Shown here one piece after another: positions 1 through 12,012 of a stretch of DNA of 64,000 nucleotides (positions within the stretch are counted from its first letter, which is position 1; every line of letters begins with the position of its first letter). Origin of the DNA: Stegostoma tigrinum (Eukaryota); contig NC_081400.1 of the NCBI RefSeq assembly GCF_030684315.1, positions 8,499,464 to 8,563,463 on the forward strand, in the 5' to 3' direction. A program made the translations under genes and the position numbers. Below the pieces are notes generated by a model, which was not told the DNA's origin, did no database searches, and was given only the letters and a program-made list of their open reading frames with translations.

Positions 1-1007
1 GCCTTCCTCTCCTCCGGGGGGGCTCGCCCCGCATTGCCCCTGCCAGCAACCTGGGCGTAGGTGGTCCCCCGCTGCAGGCATGCCCAAAGAGGTGGCCCGC
101 TTCCCCGCAAAGGTTGCAGCTTTTCTCTTGTGGGCAATCTTTTGCAAGGTGTTCCTCCTCGCTGCAGTTCTTGCAGATGGTGACTTTGCAGTCGGCCGCC
201 ACGTGGCCTGACCTATCACAGGCATGGCAGACTTTAGGTTGCCCTGCATAGGTCAGGTAGCCCTTGCTCCCGCCAATCGCGAAGCTGGACGGTGGGTGTA
301 CAATGTTCCTGTCCGCGCCCATCCTCAGCGTCACCTTGACCTGCCTCTTACTGGTCCAGATGCCAAAGGGGTCCATGATGTCAGTTAGGTCCCCTTCCAC
401 CTTCACGTACCTCCCAAGGAAGGTCACGACATCAACTGCTGGCACATGCGGGTTGTACATGTGTACAGTCACCATACGGCTCCTCTGCTCTGGCGTCACA
501 AACAACGGGACAGTGGTCAATACAGAGAGTGGGCCCTCACTTCCTTTCTCCTTGAAAACCTCCAGGAAGCGCTCGCAAAGCTTGGCACTCCTGAAGGTCA
601 TGTCGTAAAAACCTCCTCCTGGGAAATCCTGCAGGCAGTAAATGTCCGCAGCAGTGAACCCACAACAGTCCAACAGGACCCTCTTCATGAAGAAGGTGCG
701 GTCCACAGGTGCACCTTCATCCACTTTCTTCACGGAAACACGGATGGTGTTCCGGACCCCCTGACCTGGGGCACGAGCACTTGCCGCAGCCATCGTTGCA
801 GGTTGGCTGCTCCCCTGAACCAGCGTTAGGCCGAAGCCAGCATTAAGATCCACCGGTTGCAAGGGTGCACAGCCAACCCGACATCCTCCTTTCACCTCCA
901 ACACAGCACTCTCCTCCTCTCGGTCCACAAGAGAGTGGGTCTTTATTTTGTTCCAGATGTAAGCTGGTTCACCGAGCTTGAAGGTTTGTTCCCAGATGTT
1001 TTGTCAC
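1..1007 (-). mobile_element. Tx1-clade non-LTR retrotransposon, 5' portion (leader and start of ORF1); runs off the left edge
   Basis: Near-copy of about 6120-7128. Minus-strand ORF1 starts at ATG 793 (MAAASARAPGQGVRNTIRV...) and has CCHC knuckles (ICKNCSEEEHLAKDC). Confidence 0.9.
992..1007 (-). repeat. 16-bp target-site sequence GTGACAAAACATCTGG (copy 1)
   Basis: ccagatgttttgtcac on +, abutting the poly(T) tail at 1008. Identical at 1761-1776 and one mismatch at 7113-7128. Confidence 0.9.
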
Positions 1008-1760
1008 TTTTTTTTATTTGAAAAAATATACTTTATTCGTGAGATGTACAAAAAAAAACATATTTATAGACCTACCCAGTCATGCAAGCCGCTCCGGGTT
1101 ACCCAGGGGGTACGTTCACCAACTAAAGGAAAAAAACAAAACAAAGAAGAAAAAAAACAAAGCAAAGAAAATACCCCGGCAGTCGTCACCCCGCACAGTC
1201 CCCGTTGGCCCCCTGACCAGTTGGGGACGGCGCCAGCTGGGCCCAGTTACCAGATAGGGTTCTTTTTTCCTATTCTGGACGAGGGGTTTCATACCGTGGT
1301 CTTTCCCCACCGCGCCTTGGCGGCGGCTGCCCCAAGCTTTAGCGCATCCCTCAGCACGTAGTCCTGGACCTTGGAGTGCGCCAGTCTGCAACACTCGGTC
1401 AGGGTCAGTTCTTTCAGCTGGCAGACCAGCAAGTTGCGGGCATGCCAAAGAGCGTCTTTCACCGCATTGATGGTCCTCCAGGCGCAGTTGATGTTGGTCG
1501 CGGTGTGCGTCCCGGGAAACAGCCCGTAGAGCACGGAGTCCCGCGTCACGGAGCTGCTCAGGACGAACCTCGACAAATACCACTGCATCCCCCTCCAGAC
1601 CTCGTGCACGTAGGCACACTCCAGAAGGAGGTGATCAACAGTCTCGTCCCCCCCGCCCCCCCCGCAGCCACCTCGAGGGCAGCGTGCGGTGGCGCAGAGA
1701 TTCCGGGCATGCATAAAGGATCTCACTGGCAGAGCCCCTCTCACCGCCAGCCAAGCAATG
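1008..1760 (-). mobile_element. 5'-truncated Tx1-clade copy (ORF2 C-terminal zinc finger, 3' UTR, poly A)
   Basis: ORF 1289-1744 has CPRGGC...ETVDHLLLEC. AATAAA and poly(A) on the minus strand. Duplicates about 1777-2529. Bracketed by identical 16-mers. Confidence 0.92.
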
Positions 1761-1776
1761 CCAGATGTTTTGTCAC
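1761..1776 (-). repeat. 16-bp target-site sequence (copy 2), TSD of the truncated copy
   Basis: ccagatgttttgtcac lies between the truncation point (caagcaatg|) and the poly(T) of the full-length copy. Confidence 0.9.
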
Positions 1777-2064
1777 TTTTTTTTTATTTGAAAAAATATA
1801 CTTTATTCATAGAATGTACAAAAAATAAAACATTTATACACCTGCCCGGTCATGCAAGCCATTCCGGGTTACCCAGGGGTACGTACACCAACTAAAGGAA
1901 AAAAAAACAAAACAGAGAAAACAAAACAAAAACACAAAGCAAAGAAACCGCCCCGGCAGTCGTCACCCCGCACAGTCCCAGTTGGCCCCCTGACCCGTTG
2001 GGGAAGGCGCCAGCTGGGCCCAGTTACCAGATAGGATTCTTTTCCCTTTTCTGGACGAGGGGGC

Positions 2065-5000
2065 TCATACGGTGGTCTTTCCCCACCGCGCCTTGGCGGC
2101 GGCTGCCCCAAGCTTTAGCGCGTCCCTCAGCACATCGCCCTGGACCTTGGAGTGCGCCAGTCTGCAACACTCGGTCGGGGTCAGTTCTTTCAGCTGGCAG
2201 ACCAGCAAGTTGCGGGCAGACCAAAGAGCGTCTTTCACCGCATTGATAGTCCTCCAGGCGCAGTTGATGTTGGTCTCGGTGTGCGTCCCCGGAAACAGCC
2301 CGTAGAGCACGGAGTCCCGCGTCACGGAGCTGCTCGGGACGAACCTCGACAAATACCACTGCATCCCCCTCCAGACCTCCTGCGCATAGGCACACTCCAG
2401 AAGGAGGTGATCAACAGTCTCGTCCCCCCCCCGCAGCCACCTCGAGGGCAGCGTGCGGTGGTGCAGAGATTCTGGGCATGCATAAAGGATCTCACTGGCA
2501 GAGCCCCTCTCACCGCCAGCCAAGCAATGTCCTTGTGCTTGTTTGAAAGTTCTGGCAATGAGGCATTCTGCCAAACGACTTTGGCAGTCTGCGTGGGGAA
2601 CCACACGACGGGATCCACCCTCTCCTTTTCCCGAAGGGTCTCGAGAATACTACGTGCTGACCACTGCCTGACGGCCTTGTGGTCAAAGGTGTTTCCTTTC
2701 AAAAATTTCTCCACGAAGGACAGGTGGTACGGAATGGTCCAACTACTCGGAGCGTTCCGCGGCAACGAGGCCAGGCCCATCCTTCGCAACAGAACCTCAG
2801 TAAGTAGTGACACTTGGTGTTTGCGTACTGAGGATCTACGCACAGCTTGATGCAGCCACACACAAAGGTAGCCGTCAGGGCGAGGGTGGCGTTCGGTACG
2901 CCCTTTCCCCCATTTCCCAGGTCTTTGTACATGGTATCTCTGCGGACCCAGTCCATCCTCGACCCCCAAATGAAGTGGAAGATGGCCCGGGTGACCGCAG
3001 CGGCGCAGGTCCAGGGGATAGGCCAGGCCTGCGCCACATACAACAGTACCGAAAGCCCCTCGCACCTGACAACCAGGTTCTTACCCACGATGGAGAGCGA
3101 CCGGAGCGTCCACCTGCCCAGCTTCTGCTTAAATTTGGCGATACGCTCCTCCCAAGTCTTAGTGCATGCCCCAGCTCCACCAAACCAAACACCCAGCACC
3201 TTCAGGTAGTCTGTCCTGACGGTGAAGGGGATGAAGGAGCGGTCGTCCCAGTTCCCGAAGAACATGACCTCGCTCTTACCCCTAATGACTTTGGCACCCG
3301 AGGCCAGTTCAAACTGGCCGCAGATGTCCAACAGCCTACGCACCGACCGACGATCGGTGCAGAAGACGGCGACATCATCCATGTACAGGGAGGTCTTGAC
3401 CTGAAGGCCTCCGCTGCCTTGGATAGTCACGCCCTTCAGGCTCACGTCCTTCCTGATGGAGGCGGCGAAGGGCTCCACGCAGCACATGAACAAGGCAGGA
3501 GAGAGCGGGCAGCCCTGCCTGACTCCAGATCTAACAGGAAAACTGTCTGATTCCCACCCGTTGATCGAGACTGCGCTAACGATGTTGGCGTAGAGCAGCC
3601 GGATCCAATTACGGATGCCCTCCCCGAACCCCAATTTGGAGAGGACGTCCCTCATGTAAGCATGAGAGACCCTGTCGAAGGCCTTCTCCTGGTCCAGGCT
3701 GACGAGGCAGGTGTCCACCCGCCTGTCCTGTACGTAGGCGATCATATCCCTGATGAGCGCGAGGCTCTCAGCGATCTTCCTGCCCGGCACAGCACAGGTT
3801 TGGTCAGGGTGAATCACTGACTCCAGGACAGACCTGACCCGGTTGGCAATGACCTTGGCCAGGATTTTGTACTCCACATTCAAAAGTGAAATGGGACGCC
3901 AATTCTTAATTTCTTCCCTCTCCCCCTTCCTCTTGTAAATGAGGGTGATGATGCCCTTCCTCATGGACTTGCACATTTCCCCTGCCCGAAGCGCACTATC
4001 GTACACCTCCAGCAGGTCCTGGCCGACCAGGCCCCACAGAGCAGAATACAGCTCGACCGGTAAGCCGTCACTTCCAGGAGTCCTATTCCTCTGCAAGGAC
4101 TTGAGGGCTCTGGCCAGCTCGTCCAGGGATATCGGCCGGTCCAGCCACTCCCTTGTGCCGTCGTCTAAGACCTCCGTGATAGACGACAGGAACAACTCGG
4201 AGGCCGTGCTGTCCGTGGGCTTCGTGTCGTACAGTCCAGCATAGAAGGATCTGCTGATCCTCAAAACGTCAGGCCGAGACAACATCACCGAGCCGTCGTC
4301 CTCCTTCAGCCGGCTAAGCACAGAGCTCTCTTTGTGCACCTTCTGAAAGAAGAAACGCGAGCACGTCTCGTCCTGCCCCATGGAGCGAACCCTGGACCGG
4401 AAGATTATCCTGGAGGCCTCCGCGGCGAAGAGCGAGGCTTGCTGGCCCCTCACCTCGCGGAGGTCCTCCGTGACATCGACCCCCATCAACTGCAGAAGGA
4501 GCAGCTTCTGCACCCTTTTCTGGAGTCGCGACAGCTTTCCCCGCCTCTCTCTTGCCTTCTGAACACCCTTGAGGACAAAGAACCTCTTGATGTTCTCCTT
4601 CACCGTCTCCCACCAGTCGCCTGGAGACTCAAAGAGGGGTTTAACGGTTCTCCAACCGGCGTACTCCCTCTTAAGCTCCTCAACGTTCTCTGGGGTCAAC
4701 AGAGTCGTGTTGAGCTTCCACGTCCCCTTGCCGGCCGGCTGGTCGTCCTGTAAGTGACAGTCGGCCAACAGGAGGCAGTGGTCAGAGAAGAACACCGGCT
4801 CGACACCGGTGGATCTGACCGAGAACGTCCGTGACACAAACAGGAAGTCTATCCTTGAGCGGATAGACCCGTCTGGCCGCGACCAGGTGTACCTCCGCTG
4901 CGCTCCGTCTGCAGGGGTGCTGAAGACGTCGAGCAGCTCGGCGTCCTTCACCGTGCCCATCAGGAATCTGGACGTGACGTCCAGTTGAATCCCCCCACCC

Positions 5001-5476
5001 GCTGTCCCCACGCCGGATCTTCCATCTGCATCAATGATGCAGTTGAAGTCTCCGCCTAGGATGACCGGCCTGGACGTAGCCAGCAGGGATGGAAGCCGCT
5101 GCAGGACGGCCAACCGCTCACTCCGTACCGCTGGGGCGTACACGTTGATCAGCCTCAGGGGAGCATTCCTGTAGGTGATGTCAGCCACTAGGAGGCGCCC
5201 CCCCACCACCTCCTGAACTTGAGAGATGGTGAAGCTGTGCCCCCGCAGCAGAATAGCCAGGCCCGAGGAGCGACAGTCGTTCCCCCCCGACCAGATCGAA
5301 GGCCCACAGGTCCAGGCGCCGGACCATTTCCCGTAACTGCCGAGGTGCGGTATCCCGCACTCCTGCAGAAACAGGAGGTCCGCCTTGATGGTGGTCAGGT
5401 AGGCCAACGTGGACACACATCTCGCGGTTGACTTCTTGACGCTGCGCACATTAATGCTCGCAATTCGTACCCCCAT
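2065..5476 (-). pseudogene. Tx1 ORF2: APE endonuclease, reverse transcriptase and C-terminal zinc finger; frameshifts near 2790 and 2425
   Basis: IASINVR, LFLQE, GGDFN, SRIDF and SDHC (APE). WRPISLLN, DQEKAFD, GVRQGCPLSP and YMDD (RT). The C-terminus continues in ORFs 2322-3065 and 2065-2604. Confidence 0.93.
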
Positions 5477-6914
5477 TGTGGGCAGTGACCACAGTACCCT
5501 CCCCAAGTCCAAGGTCCAGCCCCTCCATCTGTCCCTTCATGCCCATTGCCCGGGCTAACTGCTGGACGCTCTCTGGGCTCAGGAAACCATCTGTGCTGCC
5601 TTCCGGGTGGCATCCCCCCGTCAGGGGTGCGGAGGCAGGAGGGTCCGGCTCCGGATCAGGCTGGGGACGTTCTGTTTCCTCCTTCCCGCCTGGAAGTTCC
5701 GGGGGGCCCTCCAGTGCTCCAGCAGCACTTGACTGGGTGTCGGAGTGAGCCTCAGGAAGCCTCCCGTCACCTGGAAGCGGGGCGCTGCTTTCCTTCCCCC
5801 TCGAGACCTTTAACTTCTGCTTCGGGGGGGCCCTCTCCGAATCCTCCTCGTCAGAGGAGCTCTTATAGCCCCCCTGTAGCTGCCTCTTCCCGCCTGATTG
5901 TTGCGGTTCCTGGGCCTGTCGACGCACCTTCCTCCTCGCTTTCCGGACTGTTGTCCACTCCCCTGGGTCGCCTGTCGCCGCCTCCATTGGCTCCAGGTTG
6001 TCGGGGGGGATTGGAGCCTGCAGGGGTGCTTTGCTGGCCTCGGGCCCATCCTGCAGGGCTGGGCCCTCCTGCACGGCCTGGCCCTCCTGCACATTAGTGG
6101 GGTCCTTGCTGGGCCCTGGTGCCTTCCTCTCCTCCGGGGGGGCTGGCCCCGCATTTCCCCTGCCGGCGACCTGGGCGTAGGTGGTACCCCGCCGCGGGCA
6201 TGCCCTACAGAAGTGGCCCGCTTCCCCACAAAGGTTGCAGCTTCTCTCTCGTGGGCAATCCTTTACAAGGTGTCCCTCCTCCCTGCACTACCTGCAGATG
6301 GTGGCTTTGCAGTCGGCCGCCATGTGACCTGACCTACCACAGGCATGGCAGACTTTAGGTTGCCCTGCATAGGTCAGGTAGCCCCTGCTCCCGCCGATCG
6401 CGAAGCTGGACGGTGGGTGTGCGACATTCCCGTCTGCGCCCATCCTCAGCGTCACCTTGACCTGCCTCTTACTCGTCCAGATGCCAAAGGGGTCCACGAT
6501 GTCAGTTAGGTCCCCTTCCACCTTCACGTACCTTCCGAGGAAGGTCAGGACATCAACTGCTGGCACATGCGGGTTGTACATGTGTACAGTCACCATACGG
6601 CTCCTCTGTGCTGGCATCACAAACAGTGGGACAGCGGTCAATACAGAGAGTGGGCCCTCACTTCCTTTCTCCTTGAAAACCTCCAGGAAGCGCTCGCAAA
6701 GCTTGGCACTCCGGAAGGTCACATCGTAAAAACCTCCTCCGGGGAAATCCTGCAGGCAGTAAATGTCCGCAGCAGCAAACCCACAACAGTCCAACAGGAC
6801 CCTCTTCACGAAGAAGGTGCGGTCCACAGGTGCACCTTCATCCACCTTCTTTACAGAAACACGGATGGTGTTCCGGACCTCCTGACCTGGGGCACGAGCA
6901 CTCGCTGCAGCCAT
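5451..6914 (-). pseudogene. Tx1 ORF1: gag-like protein with three CCHC knuckles; premature TAG at 6288-6290
   Basis: CHACGRSGHMAADC, CR*CREEGHLVKDC, CNLCGEAGHFCRAC. ORFs 6288-7049 and 5451-6092 share a frame. The copy at 1-793 has AAC (N) at the stop position. Confidence 0.85.
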
Positions 6915-7128
6915 CGTTGCAGGTTGGCTGCTCCCCTGAACCAGCATTAGGCCGAAGCCAGCATTAAGATCCACTGGTCGCAAGGGTGCACAGCCAACCC
7001 GACGTCCTCTTTTCACCTCCAAGACAGCACTCTCGTCCTCTCGGTCCACAAGAGAGTGGGTCTTTATTGTGTTCGAGATGTAAGCTGGTTCACTGAGCTG
7101 TAAGGTTTGTCCCCAGATGTTTTGACAC

Positions 7129-9005
7129 CATTCTAGGTAACAGCATCAGTCAGCCTCCGACGAAACACTGGTGTTATGTCCTGCTTTCTATTTATCTGGT
7201 TAGGTTTCCTTGGGTTGGTGATGTCATTTCCTGCGTTGGTGATGTCATTTCCTGTTCCTTTTCTCAGAGGGTGGCAGATTGATTTGGAGCCAATGTGTTT
7301 GTTGATGGAGTTCCGGTTGGAATGCCATGCTTCTCGGAATTCTCGTGCGTGTCTCTGTTTGGCTTGTCCTAGGATGGATGTGTTGTCCCAATCAAAGTGG
7401 TGTCCTTCCTCATCTGTATGTAAGGATCCTAGTGATGGTGGTCATGTTGTTTTGTGTCTAGTTGATGTTCATGTATCCTGGTGGCTAGCTTCCTGCCAGT
7501 TTGTCCAATGTAGTGTTTGTCACAGTTCTTGCAAGGTATTTTGTAGATGACGTTCGTTTTGTCTGTTGTCTGTATAGGGTCTTTTAAGTTCATTAGCTGT
7601 TGTTTTAGTGTGTTGGTGGGTTTGTGGGCTACCCTGATGCCAAGAGGTCCGAGTAGTCTGGCAGTCATTTCGCAAATGTCTTTGATGTAGGGGAGAGTGG
7701 ATATGGTTTCTGAGCCCGTTTAGTCTGTTTGTTTGGGTTTATTGCCGAGGAATCGGTGAACTGTGTTCATAGGGTACCCATTCTTTTGGATACGCTGTAT
7801 CGGTGATTTTCCTCTGCTCTGCGTAGTTCCTCCGTGCTGCAGTGTGTGGTGGCTCATTGGAATAATGTTCTAATGCAGCTTCGTTTGTGGGTGTTGGGAT
7901 GGTTGCTCCTGTAGTTCAGTGTTTGGTCCGTATGTGTTGTTTTCCTGTAGACGCTGGTTTGAAGTTCCCCATTGGCTGTTCGCTCTACTGTGACATCTAG
8001 GAATGGCAGTTTGTTGTTGTTTTCCTCCTCTTTTGTGAATGTTATGCCAGTAAAGGGTATTATTGATGGTCTTGAAGGTTTCCTCTAATTTGTTTTGTTT
8101 AGTGATGACAAAGGTATCATCCACATAGCGGACCCAAAGTTTGGGTTGGATGATTGGCAGAGCTGTTTGTTGGAGTCTCTGCATTACTGCCTCTGCTAAG
8201 AACCCTGATATCGGAGATCCCATGGGTGTACCGTTGGTTTGTCTGTAGGTTTTGTTATTGAAAATGAAGTGGGTGGTGAGGCATAGGTCCACTAGCTTGA
8301 TGATGTTGTCCTTGCTGATGAGGTTGGTGGTGTCTGGTGTATGTGTCTTCGGTTCTTCTAATAGTGTAGTCAGTGTTTCTTTGGCCAGGTTGATGTTGAT
8401 GGATGTGAACAGGGCTGTTACGTCAAAGGAGACCATTATTTCATCCTCTTCTATCTTGGTGTCTTTGGTGTTCAGGAATTCTTGGGTGGAGCGAATGGAG
8501 TGGCGGGAGTCTTCTACTAGGTGTTTTAGTCTTTGGTGTAGTTCCTTGGCTAATCTGTAGGTTGGTGTTCCAGGTAGCGACACTATGGGCCTGAGGGGGG
8601 TTTCTGGTTTGTGAATTTTTGGTAGTCCATAGCAGCGTGGTGTGTTGGATCCATCTGGTTTCATTTTTTGGAAGCCTCTCTTGTTTAATTCTCCAGATGT
8701 TTGAAGTTTTTTGAGTAAGGCTGTGATTCGGTTCTCTAGTTGTGGGGTTGGCTCTATCGCCACCTGTTGGTAAGTGTTGGTATCTGCAAGCAGAGCGTTC
8801 GCTTTCTCAATGTAGTCTGTTCGGTTTCAGATGACTGTCAAGCGTCCTTTGTCTGCAGGTAGGATAACGATGTTTTTATCTTTTTTGAGTCCTTTTAGGG
8901 CTTTCCTTTCTTGTGTATTGAGTGGGTTTTCTTCCTTTTTCCTGCTTAGTGTTGGTGCGACTGTCTGTCTGATGGTTTGCTGGGTTTCTTCTGTGAGTTT
9001 GTTTA
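7129..9005 (-). mobile_element. Penelope-like element (RT and GIY-YIG), left arm of an inverted structure
   Basis: ORF 7870-8763: YGLPKIHK, SFDVTALFTSI, GTPMGSPISGFLA, RYVDDTF. ORF 7429-7668: NVIYKIPCKNCDKHYIGQTGRKLATRIHEH. Confidence 0.93.
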
Positions 9006-9667
9006 TTTCCTCAGCAATAAACCCAAACAAACAGGCAAAACGGGCTCAGAAACCATATCCACTCTCCCCTACATCAAAGACATTTCCGAAATAACTGCCA
9101 GACTACTCAGACCTCTTGGCATCAGGGTAGCCCACAAACCCACCAACACACTAAAACAGCAGCTAATGAACTTAAAAGACCCTATACAGACAACAAATAA
9201 AACGAACGTCATCTACAAAATACCTTGCAAGAACTGTGACAAACACTACATTGGACAAACTGGCAGGAAGCTAGCCACCAGGATACATGAACATCAACTA
9301 GACACAAAACAACATGACCCACTATCATTCGTATCCTTACATACAGATGAGGAAGGACACCACTTTGATTGGGACAACACATCCATCCAAGGACAAGCCA
9401 AACAGAGACACGCATGAGAATTCCTAGAAGGATGGTATTCCAACCGGAACTCCATCAACAAACACATTGGCTCCAAATCAATCTACCACCCTCTGAGAAA
9501 AGGAACAGGAAATGACATCACCAACCCAAGGAAACCTAACCAGATAAATAGAAAGCGGGACATAACACCAGTGTTTCGTCGGAGGCTGACTGATGCTGTT
9601 ACCTAGAATGGTGACGAAACGTCTGAAAACGAACCTTCCAGCTCAGCGAGCAAACTCACGTCCAGAA
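9006..9667 (+). mobile_element. Penelope-like element, inverted right arm (GIY-YIG region and 3' terminus)
   Basis: Near-identical inverted copy of about 7129-7752. ORF 8977-9417 has the GIY-YIG motifs. Confidence 0.92.
9581..9640 (+). ncRNA. Minimal hammerhead-ribozyme-like motif in the Penelope terminus
   Basis: CTGATGC (9590-9596; consensus CUGAnGA), stem II gttacc/ggtgac, GAAAC (9616-9620), then GTC. ggagg/ccttcc could form stem I. Minimal hammerheads in Penelope termini are established. Confidence 0.7.
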
Positions 9668-10399
9668 GACTGTTAGTGTCTTAACTGTTTTTGCCAAATC
9701 GATTCATGGATATAATTCTGGGAATGCAAAATTGTTCTATGACAATGTAGTCACTTGAATAGACATATCTTCCTGTTGAGCTAAAAGATTGAAACAAGGT
9801 ATCATTGAAACATGCACAATTTTGAAGATGCTGATCATCGGTTATGCTAGGAGAATGTTTCCCCAGACAAAGTCGCAATCTCAGAACAATAAAACATCAA
9901 AAACTGAGATCAGGGCCTATTTCTTGGCTTGGTTTTTGAGGATAAATGGTATTCTGCACTTCAGAAGTTGGGATCTTAGCCAATTAATTATATGTTAAGG
10001 GCCATTTAGTTATCTGTACAGAGTGAATTATTAAAATTTTGGTCATGTCTTTATTTGAAATATGTCTATAAATAGCATATCTATTCCTATTCTTCAGAAA
10101 TACATCCTTCTTGTAATTGTAAAGGGGTCAGGCAAAAGAGAGGTTTGAGAATCAGCATGAGAACGTTAAACACTAGATATTGTTCAAAAAAACTGGCTCA
10201 ACAGATTCAAGAACAGCTTCTTCCAGCAGTTATCACACTTATGAACGGACTTCTCATATATTAAATTTGATAATTCTCTAAACTTTCTCTGTAGCTGCAA
10301 TGCTAAAGTCTGCATTCTGTGCTCATACCCTGATGTAATTGTGCCAGTGTGACTTATCTGGGACAAAACAAATGTCTCTAGTGTGCAAAAATAAATGTA

Positions 10400-11220
10400 T
10401 CCTTGCACCCTGTTTCTCGTAAAGACGCCACTACATACTCTCATTTCCTCTCTCTCCATTCCATTTATTCTGATGAGGCTGACTTTGACAAGGGAGCCTC
10501 CAAAATATCCATGTTCTTGATCAACCAAACATTCCCAGCACCATTGCCAGCAGGGCCCTCAACCAGGTCTGACCCACCTCATGCACTTCTGTCTTCATTC
10601 TGTCTCTTCCCTCCTGCAACAGCAATAAGGTTCCCCTTGTCCTTACATACAACCCCACCAGCATCGATATCCAGAAGATCATCAGCCATTGTTTCCACCA
10701 CCTCCAGCAAGATGCCAGCACAAGATGTATATTCCCCTCCCCTCTCTTGTCCACCTTCCGCAGGGACATTTCTCACCTAGACATTTCTCACCTAGACATA
10801 CTTGTCTACTCTTGCTTCACTTCCACAACCCACCACCCCACCCCCAACAGCCCCATGGCACCTGCCCCTCAACTGCTGAAGGTGTAAGGCCTGCCAGTTT
10901 ACCTCCCTCCCCACGCCACCCCGCCCCATATTCCAGTACCGAAACACGCTTTATCTGCACTTCTCACAATCAACTCTACTGTGATCTTTTCTGCACTGGT
11001 GAAATGCAGCATAGACTGGGTCTCTGTTTTGCAGAGCATCTCTGTTCTGCCTGCAAAATCAGGACGCTGAACTTCCAGTTGTCTGCCACTTTGAAACATT
11101 ACCCTGGTCTCTGGCTCAGCAGAGCTCAGTATAAACTGGACGAACAACACTTCATTTACCACTTGGGACCCTGCGGTGCTCTGGGTTCAATATTGAGTTA
11201 AATAATTTTAGGCTCTGAAT
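10400..11220 (+). mobile_element. Decayed fragment of a second Penelope-like family
   Basis: Resembles the 3' part of 24000-26960 (PLVLTY.P, FAEHL motifs). Confidence 0.6.
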
Positions 11221-11262
11221 GTTCCCTTGTCCTCCCTCCCTTCCCCACAGGCATTATATAGG

Positions 11263-11543
11263 GTCACTATAGTGTGGGAATAAGCCATTAGGTCTAATAG
11301 GTCCACACCAACTCTCCGAAGAGCATTCCACCCAGACCCCCTCCTTATCCCTAAAGCACATCCCTGAACATTATGACAATTCCACTTAACGTGCCTGTCT
11401 TTGACTGTGGGAGGAAACCATAGGAATAATGCACAGGTATATAGAGAAACTACCACACACAGAGACACCTGAGTTTGGAATTGAACCGGGGTCCCAGGCA
11501 TTGTGAGGCAGGAGTGCTAACTACTGACACACCATGTTGCCCT
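11263..11543 (-). mobile_element. HE1-like tRNA-derived SINE
   Basis: Minus strand ggtggtgtcagtagttagcactcctgcctcaca...ggttcaattcc (A/B-box-like) with a LINE-like 3' tail. Confidence 0.75.
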
Positions 11544-11816
11544 TGTTATCATATAGCCTGCCATTACACACTACCTACTGTTAACTGCTAACAGTCTGCA
11601 TTAACAGCTAGTGCCCCTCCTAGTCAGATCATTATCAACTCAGAGTCATAGAGTTCTACAGCATGGAAATAGCCAGTATAGCCCAAGCTGGTTCCTGTTG
11701 ACCAAAATGTCCATCTAACCTAAGCTGATTTCCTTGCACTTGGCCCATATCCTTCTAAACATTTCCTGTTCATGTATTTGTCCAAATGTCGTTAATGTAC
11801 CCACCTCAACTCGAAA

Positions 11817-12012
11817 TCATAGAATACCGACAGTATGGAAACAGGCCCTGTGGCCCAACAAGTCCACACTGACTCTCAGACCTTCCCACCCAAACCCGTT
11901 CCCCGACATTATGGGTAATTTAGCTTGGCCAATACACATAGCCTGCACATCTTTGGATTGTGGGAGGAAACCCATGCAGACACGGGAAGGTTGTGCAAAC
12001 TCCACACAGACA
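11817..12012 (-). mobile_element. HE1-like SINE, 3' part; its 5' part lies inverted at about 12375-12460
   Basis: gtctgtgtggagtttgcac...ttccatactgtcggtattctatg on the minus strand. The tRNA head on + ends in gtctgtgtgga at 12460. Confidence 0.7.

Larger units (their letters stand above)
1777..7128 (-). mobile_element. Full-length Tx1-clade LINE (ORF1 gag-like, ORF2 APE-RT-Zn finger), slightly degenerate
   Basis: Two overlapping ORFs, a poly(A) tail at 1777, and a 5' leader shared with the copy at 1-1007. Confidence 0.95.

Noticed and set aside
264-6950. Numerous + strand ORFs over the Tx1 array
   Set aside because: Antisense shadows of GC-rich Tx1 coding sequence.
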